Source: Paragordius varius (lineage: Eukaryota > Animalia > Nematomorpha). Taken from it: a DNA stretch of 64,000 bases. Both the position numbers and the translations under genes were made by a program. The DNA is taken from positions 7,564,001 to 7,628,000 of the forward strand of contig OZ176050.1 in assembly GCA_964247055.1 (NCBI GenBank). Reading direction: 5' to 3'. Positions within the stretch are counted from its first letter, which is position 1. Each line of letters opens with the position of its first letter. Below the pieces are notes generated by a model. It was not told where the DNA came from. It saw nothing but the letters and a program-made list of their open reading frames with translations, and searched no databases. Shown here piece after piece: positions 39,167 to 51,800 of this stretch.

Positions 39167-39784
39167 GTATTTTATGGATTTAATATCATGCATTTATGGA
39201 ATTGTATAAAACCACATTTCTTATTTGCACATATTTAATACCCTATTTATTTCACTATTTTTTTAGGCTGTTCTTTGGAAAATTTCATGTATAGCTTTTT
39301 AAATAAATTAATAAACCGTATTTTCATCTTATCTACAGTGCGATGAAATATAATTTTGATATCACTGCTATTGGGAGTAACCAGAAAAGTGATTTCTTTT
39401 TAAAATGTTCGGAAGCCCCAAAACCAAAAGTACCTTAAAATTACTGTTATATACCTCTATCAGAATATACATTTTATTTGGATATTATTAAAGCCATTTC
39501 TATCAGAATATATTTTTAACCGGTTGTTTATCACCGTTTTGTACACTGTTAGGCAAGGGGTGTATGTCCAAAATGATAAAAATAATGCATAACAGTAAAT
39601 ATATAAAAAGAGTGACTCTTAATGAGACTGTATTATAGCGTTGATTTAGTATACATTTTGTACTTATTTTTTACCTCAAAATGATAAGGTATTTAAATAA
39701 GACATAATTTAAGAATAATTAAAGAGTGTTGAAAATAAACCGTAAATAAAATTAATTTTTTATACATATAATCAAAATTGAATA

Positions 39785-41955
39785 TTAATACGAATATTCA
39801 TAATAATAGTAATCGTAGTTGCTGCCTTGCCCTGTTTTGTTATCGGCTTTGTCAGGGAGATAATCTCCGCTAGAAAAAACATTTTTATTGTCCGTTTTTG
39901 GGACAGGAGTTGTTGATTCAGAAACACATGTCGGACAACATTTTGGATAAGGGTCTGAGGTGGTTTGTTTAATGGTTCCCGGTGGACATGCTATGACCCC
40001 GCATCTTATAAAATATAATTACTTATTTGATCGCTAAATTTTTTATTCATATATTAATTTCTAGCTAGTTTTTTCATAAGTTCATAAAATTTTGTAAAAA
40101 TCCTTTACCAATATTCTACAAGCTCTAATTTTTTGGCTATTATAGAAAAATTAATCACTTAACATAATATTAATTTTTACAGAGAAAATTTATTGAAGAA
40201 AATGTTTGGGATGTTTTATACCCTGGATATCTCGATATTATATTGAGGTAATTTTTTTCTTACCATTATTTAACAACTTAAATTCCCTCACGAATCAAAA
40301 CAAGCTGTTTAGAATTTTAAAATATTATCGATTTGACGGCAATAATGAAATGTATAAAAGTACACATATTATTAACCTGTCTCCGAAATCGGGCGATATA
40401 AAAAATAACCTGATAATATATATTCTGATAGGAATTTCCTGTTTATCTGGTGCTTTTGGTTTTGACTACTAGTGATAGAAAGTTATCACTTTTGTAGTAA
40501 CTGCTCCATACAGAAAATGGCAAAATTTCCACATATTTTTTATATTTTTTTTGTGAAAGCTAAATGCTTCATACCAAAAATTAACACTAAAATATATCAT
40601 AAACTACTTGTAAAAAGCAAAAAAATATTCTAAAAAAATTTAATTCTTAGATGTAAGCTTCAAAAGTCCCAAATATTTTCGTTCTTCTAAAGTGGGCTAG
40701 TTCTTTTAAAATAATCGCAAAAATGCCGGGATTGCGCGATAAAAACTTTAAAAATTGAAAAAATACCTACGTTTTACAAAAATTTAATTTTTAGCAAAAT
40801 TTTGTTGAAGCCTACTTCATACTATTTTTAGGCGTGGTAGAAAAGGTATAAAAACGCTTTTAGATATTATAAAAACACTTTTTCATAATTTGATGATGCT
40901 ACTATCGCTTCAGAATATTAATTAGAAGGTTTACTTTTAAATTTTGGTGAATTTTTTTAAATTTAGCATTTAAATTTTTTATAGCGTAATCCCGGTTTTG
41001 TGTTTATTTTAAGAAAATCCGCCTTTTTTAAAAAAGCGATGCTCACATCTAAAAATTAAAAATGATTTATTATTTTTTGGTAGAAAGCATATAGCTTTCA
41101 CCAAAAAAATTATTAAAATGTGCCCAAATTTTGCCATTTTCTGATATGGAACACTTACCAGTGCAGATAGGTTTCTTATATCACTTATAGAACCAAAACC
41201 AAAAGCACCATAATTATCCTGATACATTTTCAAATCACAATTTATATCTTAACAAGTTATTTTTTTGTGGACACTGTGTAATTAATCATATATTCTTGCA
41301 TATTTTAGGATTTTGAATAAAAACCAAAAATATTTGGCAAATATGTCTGACCAGGATTATATGACGTGTTTTTTTGATTATCACACTTGAAAACCCGTTT
41401 TAATTTTTAAATTATAGTCACTTTATAAAATAATGCTTATTAATTTATAAGGTAGTCAACCACCCAAAATATTGAAATAAAAAAAATTTGAGGATATCTA
41501 TAAATTCGGTTGCGAGATATAAATATAGGTGGTTCACAGAAGAAGAAACTTCTGAATTTTATAGTGAAGGATTAAAGTAGGTTTATAAAAAATTTTGCAT
41601 ATTTTGTCCATATTTTAGAAGAAATCATTTAAAATTGCTCTAATAAATATTTGATTTTGATAAAAGTTTTAAGCGGAATTTAAAAATAAAATTAACCCTT
41701 CGCATTCTCCCATCAAATGAGTTTCATTGAGCCGCTTGCAACTGCATTCTCCACATGGTGATTGGATTAGACCCTTTTCTCCAGGAGATAATGCGATTTT
41801 GTAAGTCGGATTAAAATCACACTCTTAAGAGTTAAATATATATTATGCTTACTTGATCCTGAATATATGCCCATCGATACCCAACCAAATGTCCCATTAA
41901 TATACGCCAATAAAACACAAGGTAAAAGTATGGTAAGTCGTGATGGAAATAACAT
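39785..41955 (-). CDS. Secreted single-VWC protein C, 149 aa, 10 Cys plus a Tyr-rich acidic tail
   Basis: Exons 41955-41853, 41823-41697, 40004-39785 (introns 29 nt phase 1, 1692 nt phase 2). Protein MLFPSRLTILLPCVLLAYINGTFGWVSMGIYSGSKCDFNPTYKIALSPGEKGLIQSPCGECSCKRLNETHLMGECEGCGVIACPPGTIKQTTSDPYPKCCPTCVSESTTPVPKTDNKNVFSSGDYLPDKADNKTGQGSNYDYYYYEYSY*. Confidence 0.87.
40380..41240. mobile_element. Long-TIR MITE family copy inside intron 2 of SVWC gene C
   Basis: The left arm (TCCGAAATCGGG...CCTGATAATATATATTCTGATAGG...GGTGCTTTTGGTTTTG...GTGAAAGCTAAATGC) is mirrored over roughly 200 bp by the right arm (ATAGCTTTCACCAAAA...CCAAAACCAAAAGCACC...CCTGATAC). Confidence 0.7.
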
Positions 41956-42370
41956 TTTACGTTATGATATAGTTAATTTAAATTAATGATTAAATTTTTA
42001 TATCATACGTTGTTTAATTCATTACGTTTTATTTTTCGTTTCAACAAAATTGGATCAAACTGATATTAACTAGTCTCGCCTATTGTTATTGGCAATGGTT
42101 ACACAAGCCTTAAAGCTATTATAAAAGTGATCGAAACAGACATTTAAGACAATTAGCGAATCACATCAAATATTTGCTTTATAATTTCCCTCAAGCAAGT
42201 TTTCCTGACTTTGTTAGAAATAACCTGTTTGTATTCATAAAATATTATATGATCTCATGACTATTTGAATAAAGATAGTCATAAATTTTTATATAGATTT
42301 TTTAAAATTCGATACTACACATTATATATATATATAATTGTGAAATATTTATTGATATGCATATCATTCT

Positions 42371-44550
42371 TTAACAGGGTCGACAGCATTCGGGGTAAAC
42401 ACCACTTGTTGATACACATTGATTCAAATTACATCTATTATAAAGGATATATGAATAATTAACAATGTCAATTTTCGAGACCAGCTTGTACATTTTGAAA
42501 AACTTATTCTTTAGACAGTGTGAAGCAATATCTTTGGTTTTAAAGCCATATAAAAGAAATAAAATGCGAAAAACGAAATGAGGAAAATAGCTAATCATAT
42601 TTAACATATAAGTTCATGCAAAGTATGAGCAAAAATGCATTGCAAGTTTTTACATTAAATTTATAGTAGAGACAAATATTATTGGCGCATAGTCGCTTTT
42701 TCTAGCTATGCTGATAATATGATGAAAAACTATGTATTTAATCATGCTGTACAATGAAAAGTACTTAGTTTTATCTCTTGAGGTTTTACTAAAAAAATTA
42801 AAAGTAAAGTTTTGTGGAAGTTTTCGCTACGTTTGGTATATTTGGCGTAATTTATACTAGTTTCATTTTTTTTAAAAAAATATAAGTAATTATTGGTATT
42901 TTAAATCTTAAAATACAATGAATTTCCACTAAGTATATGTAGTAAAAATATGAAATGGATTCGATTTTGATAATATTTATAATCTGAAATGTTTTTTTAA
43001 TTTAAAATTTTGAGACAAAAATTTTTATATATCTTCTAAATCCAAAGATATCTTAGCTACTGCATATATATTGCCAAAATAGTGAGAATCAGCTTTTTGG
43101 ATCATTTATTTATTGTACTTATGTTTCTAATTTAATGACATCAAATATTTTTTAAATTTTGAAATCCCAAATGCTATAAACATTATAAGCCACTTAGAAA
43201 GGTTAATACTTTTATACACTACAGTTATTTAAAGTACGTTTATTAATTTTTAAATAATTCTTATTTGTTCTAAATTATATAAATCTGAAAAGATAGATTT
43301 TTAATTGGCATATTTTTTTTCGCATTTTAATTGCTTATGCGAATGTAACCGCTTCGTCTGAAATGCACATCTTGTGTTATTTAATATATTTTTGCACTCA
43401 TTTAATTTATTTTAAATTAATCAATTTTCCATCCTTGAATTCCCCTTTTTAACTTAAAGTCAATTAAAAAACAAATTGATGATAAATCATTAGTAAACTA
43501 CATGATCATTAGCTAAATAATCTTTAACAGTTTTCTAAGCTGATAATCAAAATAGCACGACCGTTTATAATAATCATCTCTGAGAACCATCTAATTTAAA
43601 GCCGGACTAAAGCAGTTAACCAGTTCCGGTTCTGATTGTTAAGCAGTCCTTTTTAACGAGAATATGCCAGGATCTGGTTTTTGATACTTGGTCCCTGAGA
43701 TATCAATAAAGTCAATTAAAAAATAAATTGATGATAAATCATAAGTAAACTACATGATCATTAGCTAAATAATCTTTAACAGTTTTCTAAGCTGATAATC
43801 AAAATAGCACGACCGTTTATAATAATCATCTCTGAGAACCATCTAATTTAAAGCCGGACTAAAGCAGTTAACCAGTTCCGGTTCTGATTGTTAAGCAGTC
43901 CTTTTATACGAGAATATCCCAGGATCTGGTTTTTGATACCTGGTCCCTGATTTGATATCAATGTATATATATGAATTTTAAAATAATTTGTATCTAACAA
44001 CATATTTACCCAAGGCATTCCAACGTCACATAATCCGTTATATATTTGCAAATACATTTTGTGCAATCAAAATATATTGTTTGATTTACTTTGATACTGA
44101 TGTTATTTTCTGGTACTAAGCAATCTATTTAACAGAAAATGCACAATTCACAAATTCAAAAATAAATTTAATATTTTATTTTATTCTAAACTTAAACAAA
44201 GCAATGAAACGTTAGAAGTATCTTTTTCTTTTTGACAAATTATTTGATACAAAATAATATATTTATTTAATTTTATCAAATATACCACTAGCAATGTAAC
44301 ATTTTTATCAATCCATTTTATATAAATGTGTTAAAAAAATTAAGTTTTATTTATTGGTATAGCATAAATTAATATGTGACTAATTGATAATTTCTAAAAC
44401 TTATATTTTTAGAGTAAACTTGAATTTAACAAGAATTAATATTATACCTGGTATCAGGATATTCGTTATATTATGGATTGGATGAATCGAATAGTTTATG
44501 ATACTGTAATAGCTATTAAATGCAAAAATAATTAGAAAAAATATATTCAT
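42371..44550 (-). CDS. Secreted single-VWC protein D, 93 aa, 10 Cys
   Basis: Exons 44550-44448, 44124-44010, 42434-42371 (phases 1 and 2; exon 1 is 103 nt as in gene C, exon 2 is 115 nt as in gene A). Protein MNIFFLIIFAFNSYYSIINYSIHPIHNITNILIPDCLVPENNISIKVNQTIYFDCTKCICKYITDYVTLECLGCNLNQCVSTSGVYPECCRPC*. Confidence 0.83.
43456..43962. repeat. Near-identical tandem duplication of a 252-bp unit in intron 2 of SVWC gene D
   Basis: The unit AAAGTCAATTAAAAAA...GGTCCCTGAGATATCAAT (43456-43707) is repeated at 43708-43962 with only a handful of differences. Confidence 0.95.
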
Positions 44551-45889
44551 ATTGTAAAAGTTTAATAAAAAAATTAGCCCCCAAAATGTCTAATAAAAAC
44601 AACAATGACCTGAAGCAGTTGAATAAATTAGATTTATATTAAGATATGCTAAAAATAAGTGTTATGAAAAATGGTTTGAATAATTTTTTGGTTTATAACA
44701 TGTAATGTTAAATATATGATAAAATGATAAATCACTTTAAATAAAATAATATATATTAATAATTCAAATTTCAATGAAATAGGCCATTTACTCAGATTTT
44801 AAGTGGTCCAATACCTTTAAGGTGTATACCCAGAGCGATTTAATTAAAAATTAATCATAGCATTTAAGCGCGCTTAAATAGAGAATTAAAAAACCTTAAC
44901 GGTTTTTGGGCGATTTTGAAGCGCGATTTAGCAAAGGTTTATTTAAATAGGATTGAAAGTTGACTGTGCACTCCTATGTATGTTTCTCCCTATCCATAAA
45001 TAAAGTGTGCCATCTGCGGGGTATCAAACCGGAAAAATTCCTAACCAAAGAACTGTTGGCTCCGGATTTCGACTATACGAAGCCGTTTTAGCAGGTTTAC
45101 ACACTAAGGAATAATAAAGTAGAATTCCGTTCAAAAGTAATTATTCCAAGAAATGCTTATTGTTGCATATAACTATTCATACATGTATAACATAAAAAAA
45201 GATTTAAGGTTTAATCCCTGTCTGAATAATCAGTGTAAAAATTACAAGAGCTGGAAAATTGTAAATTTGAATCAATATTATCTGTAAGTATAAATTGGCC
45301 ACAAATCTTGTCTTAAAGACTTCTGGCGTTTTGCTATAAAAAACTGAAATGGCATTGAACGGTTAACGTAGTGATATAAAGTACCCAATTTGGGGCATGA
45401 TCCGCAGTGTGTTTCGAAGGTATAATCTTAGTTAATTAATATATTAAAATTAATTAATTACATATAATAATGCATATAATTGTATAAATATTTTAAACTT
45501 CGTTGGTAAATCAATTTTAAATTCATACGTTCCTGTATTTTAGCGGGCCATAAATAATATCTTTAAGCAATAAAAACAGGGCCTCAATATAAAACGAGTG
45601 CTGCTTTTTAGCTTTGGAATCGAATATATAAAAGTTAACTGCTCCATTTAAAAGAAGTACCTAAAATATAAATCACCAGTTTCGTAAGCGAAAAAGTAAT
45701 TATGGAATTTACCCTTAACTAAAATTTTATAATGGAAAATTTGATAATAAATATTTTTGAAAACGAAAAAATATTAACGAGTATTGATAAAATACTTGAG
45801 ATGTGTGTTTATTGTTCATATCGAAAAATCGTTTAATTGTCTCATTCAAATTATAATAAATTTAATTTTTGGTATAAACTTCAAGGTGT

Positions 45890-46160
45890 GCCCATCACAA
45901 ATAGCTTCACGTGCCGCATCCACTCAAAAAACGGCGGGCCGCATTCGAAAAATTATGTTTAAAAACTATTTTAATATTTTAATATAAGGGTATATAAATA
46001 ATCTGGATCACAATTTACTACTTATGTAAGCAGTTTGGCAAAATATGGGACTCTTTCAAAATATTTGATTAAAAAATAGAGCTTGTTTTATCATTTAAAT
46101 CTATTTTAGTAATTCGAATATTTCCAAAATAATTTGAAAGGCCGCATGTTGAACACCCTG
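45890..46160. mobile_element. Buster/SPIN-type hAT MITE end fragment; inverted relative at about 62660-62960
   Basis: CACAAATAGCTTCACG...ACTCAAAAAACGGCGGGCCGCATTCGA and a terminal GGCCGCATGTTGAACACCCTG. The same block appears reverse-complemented at about 62915-62975. Confidence 0.45.
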
Positions 46161-48132
46161 GAGCTATACTTTATTCTGCGAAATATTAATAAATCTATCA
46201 ATTTACATTCAAAAAAGTAATATTTATATCATATTTTAAGTGTGGTATATCAAGTCTCAAATTTTCACACCGCACAAAAAAGGGCGAGTTATCTTAAGAT
46301 AGACGTAAAGCTTTCTTTAGCTTATTTGGCTCATGATACAATATTTTTCTAAAAAGTGTAAAAAGGTAAAAATTCATTTCAAACTTTTTCGCCGCCCTTT
46401 TTACTTTATGTTTGTAAATCATGAATAACGAAATATATATTATAGTAGAAAATATAAAAAAATTAGCAGCCAATTATTGATATTTATTGATTTTATTATT
46501 CAGCTATTGTGGTTTTAAAACTATTGAAATTCTTGGTTGAAAACTCTAAAAATTCTATGTTTGTTTATCTAATTGAGGAGAAAGGGGTTTCATAATTAAA
46601 ATTTTACCAAAACTTTCAAAACAGTGGTTTGTTTACAATTTTAAGCTCTGAGATTAAAAACTACCGCAAAATGTCTTCGCATACAAAAAAGTAAAATTGT
46701 AGTGAATTATTAAAACACAACTTATATATCCTAAAATTTTTGGAAGAACACCTCTTTTAATCAAATATTTGGCGTAGTGGAAATGTTCAGCATCATCTAA
46801 CAATAAATATAGAAAAAGAGTTTTTTTACCGTGTCCACCTAGCTTCGAAAAATGTAAGTCGCTTTACCAAAAATAACTTATAAATTATATTTTAAGCATA
46901 ACACCAAATTTTTCGGGAAAATATCTTTTGCTTGAGCACATATTTATGGTTTTTATTGCGCAATACCGGCATTGCGTTCAGATTAAGGTAATTAGTTGAT
47001 TTTGGGGGGATTTAAATTTTTGGAGCCCACAGCAGAATTAAAAATTTTTAAAAATAATGTTTACCCTTAAAAAAATATATATAATGTCATATTTTAATAA
47101 TATTTTTTGGAATGGAGCATTTAGCTTTCACCAAAAATATTTTATTTGGTACTTGTGCACAAAATTTGCTATATCATACGCAGCAGTTGCCACAAATGTG
47201 GTAATAATTCTTATATCAATCGTAATTAAAAAAGCCCTATGTGAAATGTGATACATTTATCATTCTGAATATATGTCTTACATCTGTTTTCTTAGTGTAT
47301 ATTAAAAATTCTTATCAAGCAGCGTCAGCATTTTTACGTTTAGTTTTGTAAAACCGATATAGGGATTTAAAAATTTGTTTTATGCTCACATATTAATATA
47401 AATATTGCATAATTGGGTTTTTTTGTTAATATTTTTTGCAAAAGCTTTTACCATTTTCCATATCGAGCCAAAAGCTTAAAAGTGAATATTATTATAAGAG
47501 GATCGTGAGTCCATGGTCAAATACTATATGGAATCTTATATTATCTTTCAGAATATCAACATCATTTTATATTACGATTTTCGGCAGTATCTTAGACTAG
47601 CTTTAACAGTTTAATGTAAATCTACTTAAAGTTTATTTGCACCCAAGACCTTACACATAAAGCTAAGTATATTAACTATTATAAAATTTTCTGCCAAAAT
47701 ATAAACTAAATTTATTTAAAATATAATTATATTTATATATATATATACATTCGTTTCGAATCAGTTTTAAAAGGGACTCCAAAAAATTGGACTCAAAGTT
47801 TGAAAGGATTTTTTTCATAGGATATTTTTGAAAATATTTTCTTCGTAAATGCCCGCTTCATGTATTTCTTCAAAATATTATTTTTAATCACCCTACAAAT
47901 GAAAATAAAATCTTAAATGTATTAATAAATTTTGACAGTATTTTCATTATTTTTATGTTTTGATAATTGGGAGTTTGTTTTGGTGCATAAGGCGAAATTT
48001 GATTTTATGTTAAAAACATTTTGCTCCCTTATATGGCATATATACCATATATGATATATATTTTTCCTTACAAATATACATGATATTTTTTTTATATATT
48101 CCAATCTAGACATAAAATTTGTTTGTTACCAC

Positions 48133-48795
48133 ATGGGTGCATATCGTTATATTCAGGAGATATGGAGGAAGAAGCAATCCGATGTTATGCGATTTTTATT
48201 AAGAATACGTTGTTGGCAATACCGTCAATTAAACACTATTCATAAAGTTCCACATCCATCTAGGCCCGAAAAAGCTCGTAGGTTGGGATATAAAGCCAAG
48301 CAAGGTTTAAATTAATATCTATTAAAGGTTTTGTCATATATCGTGTGCGTATAAGACGCGGTGGTCGAAAAAGACAAGTACCAAAGGGCAACACCAATGG
48401 TAAACCTGCAAATCAAGGTGTTAATCAACTTAAATGGCAGAGAAATCACCAATCTTTGGCTGAGGTATTATATGCATTATTATTTTAAGGAACGAGCTGG
48501 ACGAAAATGTGGCGCTCTTAGAGTTCTTAATTCTTATTGGGTTGGTCAAGATTCAACTTTTAAATTTTACGAAGTTATTTTAGTAGACCCGATGCACAAA
48601 ACTATTCGTCGTGATCCTAAGATGAACTGGATAGTCAAACCTGTTCATAAACACCGAGAAATGCGCGGTCTTACTTCAGTTGGTAGAAAATCAAGAGGTC
48701 TGGGTAAAGGTCATAGATACAACAAAACGATTGGTGGTTCTCGTAGTGCTAACTGGAAACGACGCAACACTCTACAATTGCGAAGATTTAGATAA
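48133..48795 (+). CDS. RPL15: 60S ribosomal protein L15 (eL15), 204 aa
   Basis: Exons 48133-48304, 48328-48464, 48490-48795 with 23-nt and 25-nt GT-AG introns. The spliced product has the canonical 204-aa length: [31 protein letters not shown]...[23 protein letters not shown]...[19 protein letters not shown]...LRRFR. Confidence 0.98.
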
Positions 48796-48811
48796 ATTAA
48801 AATTATTAATA

Positions 48812-48823
48812 AATAAATTTATT
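48812..48823. terminator. Palindromic AATAAATTTATT: back-to-back poly(A) signals between convergent RPL15 and CPT2
   Basis: AATAAA on + (48812-48817) abuts AATAAA on - (48818-48823) inside the 77-bp gap between the two stop codons. A second minus-strand signal lies at 48857-48862. Confidence 0.45.
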
Positions 48824-48872
48824 ACATTTATATATCACCACACAAATTAGGACTAATTTATTATATATTGCA

Positions 48873-51800
48873 TTATTTTTCATTTAAGATTCCTCTAATA
48901 TCCTCTAAGCTTTCCATGACTTTGTCCACAAACGATTTAGAATTTAGGGAAGAATTCGCGCTTTTATAAGATGTTGAAAATACGCCAACATGTTCAGGGT
49001 TCATCCCATAACTAATTCCTGTTGATATAAAATACAATATAGAAATAGTACAAACGGACAATGTGTCTGAAATTAATACGATGTTTTTATCCTTTGCCGT
49101 GACCGATTATATCCCTTTTTAGTGCTATCATTTTTAAAGGTCACAAAAATTATGATCTGATTTTTAGTTTCTTAATTTGGTACAAATTCCGAAAAATTGC
49201 AGTTCTAATTTTCTGTTTATTTCTGAAATCCTAGTGTCAAAGAGTTTCAATATATTAAAACTGGACTTTAAAGTTTAGTTTAATAGAATTTTGAGATAGC
49301 TTTATCACTTTACTCAATATAATGGACTTATATGGGCGTTAAATTATTATTAAAACAAAGTAAAATGATACAATTAATTAAAAATCGTAATATCCATAAT
49401 TCTAATTCGACAAAGGTTAGTAGGATTAATATAATAAGTTGTGATTTGTTAACAAAATTTAGGGATTATACAATTTAAAATGATGTTTTAATTTCAAATG
49501 AATAAAAGCATACCAAATTCAAGATATCCCATTAGTTACTTTTTCTATTTCTCCATTCATGTTTAATATATTAAACAACAATTGATTTAACTCTATTTGT
49601 TTAACTAATGTTAGGCTTAAGTTTTAGATACTTTAAATCCTAATATATGATGTGGCTTAGACCGAAACCGCTAAAATTATTTTTTCAAGCTTTCTAGGGA
49701 CAGGACAGGTCCATTATATAAAAGCACCAACCTTACCTAAACCATTGTGTACGACGGGTCCGAATCCTCCCATCTCAATCATTGGATTATCGACGGTCGA
49801 TGTAGAGAGCGTATTTTGGTTTATATGAATATATTCGGGATCAGTAAAAATCTTTGGTAAAGGTTCATCAGGCCAATTTTTTGCAGCCATGTGCCGCAAA
49901 GCAAAAAGGTGACGATCAAATCCTTGCCCTATAATCATATAATATGAAAAATATTGTGTGTCACCTTTTATATTGGTCAATTGTGCAATCATAAAATATT
50001 CACTATCAAGAAAAGAAGGTAGTTTACTATTAGAATAGATAAATTTGTAACCAGAATAAACCAATATTAAATATGTGAATACGGATTTTATCAACAGATG
50101 TAAAGTAAAAAGTATTAAAAACAAATAAATATATTTTTAATATTTATCAATATAATTTTGGAGCGAAAGTTATTTTCCGTAAAAAGTAATTTAAAATTAT
50201 AAATAATAGAAAAATGGATAAAAAAAACTTAAAATTAGGTAAATATCAATAATATAATGAATGACCCATCAAGGCCTCCCTTGTTAACTTGGAATGTTTG
50301 ATTGAACATTTGTTTAATAGCTGCCATAAATTTTCGTTCCCGATTCTATAAATATATGTAAAAATATAGACAGCAATAATGATAAACATATTATCAATAC
50401 TTTTTACAGCCAACTATTGCATAAAAAAATTTAAAACTCAAACCTTTTATCCACCAAAGATTGACAAAATTCTTTTGTTTCTAGTGTGGCTGGCCGCACT
50501 GTTTCCGTTCGGCCTGCACGGAAGGCAGCCGTTGAACAACTTTCATATGTCGAGGACACGCGTTTTAGAATTTTGTAATTTGCTACCTATAAATATCCAA
50601 TTATATAGGAGTTAAACCAATTATGATATCCTTCATCTAATACATTCTTAAATAATTAAAAAAAACCTGTCAGCACAAAAATAAATAAAGAATATCGCGT
50701 AAAAAATATAATATTGATACTTTATTATTAACAATTTAAAAGATATTTAACATTGCTCATATATTTAAACGCATAAATTGAAAATTGAGTGATTCGCCAT
50801 TATAATTTATAAAAATGTAAAATAATGGTGTTAAAGCTATTCCAGAAAACGTGTACGCCCATTCAATTTAAAAAATTAATATCATTTATTTTTAATAACC
50901 ATTTTTCGAGTCATCCCTGTGTTCATTTCCCCCCTATCATAGGGTTGAAAAAAGTACAGAAATATCATTACTTAAATTAGGAAAAGAGTAGTACTTTTAA
51001 ATAATGGTATTTACTTGCCTTTATATACAGGAAGGAAGGCTATATCCTGTTAAATTAGTTATTTACTGTGTCTAAATCGCACATCATACGCTTAATTTAG
51101 CGATAAGAATAATTTTTGCATTTGTCATGTTTTTTAGATTAGAAATTTAATTTTGAGAAAGGCTAAAAAATAATATAGGCGAACCAATTAAACACGAAGA
51201 AAAATGATTAAAGATATTTCGTCCGTATATTTATGTTCGAACTATAAATCTTTTCATATACCATGCGACGCATGAGAGCACGCAGCTAAATTGTTATATT
51301 ATAATAAATATTCTAATACTAAAAAGGGCCAATGCTAAAATATTTATTTTATTTTGATAATAATTTAGGGAAAAAATGATTTTAAAATATCAAGCTAGAA
51401 ATGAATTTGTTAATTATTTTTAATTTGATTTATGAACTCATACCTGAAAAGCCAATTGTATAATAGCATCAGGACTTAATCCTTTCCTTTTAATGACATT
51501 TTTTCCCAATTCTTTATAAATGCCTCCATGTATCTGCAAATCGTCATTAATCTCTTGCAATTTTCTGCTTTTTGCTTCCAATTTCTCCATCATACTCTGA
51601 TTTAGGCTAAATTCTGAAAAAATAAAAAATTAAGTTAATGTAAATATTCGTCGCAACCCACACGATTGTAAGATTATATTTTTTCGTTATTTTTTAAGTT
51701 AATCACTTACAGTAAAAATCATACCTTATTATACGACTCGGTATTTGTATTGAGTTTAATTATTAACTTTTCATTGGAAATTAAGGATTAATATATAAAA

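Noticed and set aside
42371-42607. Single-exon 78-aa ORF ending in YPECCRPC
   Set aside because: Only the last 64 nt match the family. A strong acceptor at 42435 and matching exons at 44124-44010 and 44550-44448 explain it better as exon 3 of gene D.
45150-45290. Plus-strand PCLNNQC followed by a phase-2 GTAAGT donor, resembling SVWC exon 2
   Set aside because: No first Cys in frame, no acceptor, no downstream YPxCC exon, and opposite orientation to the cluster.
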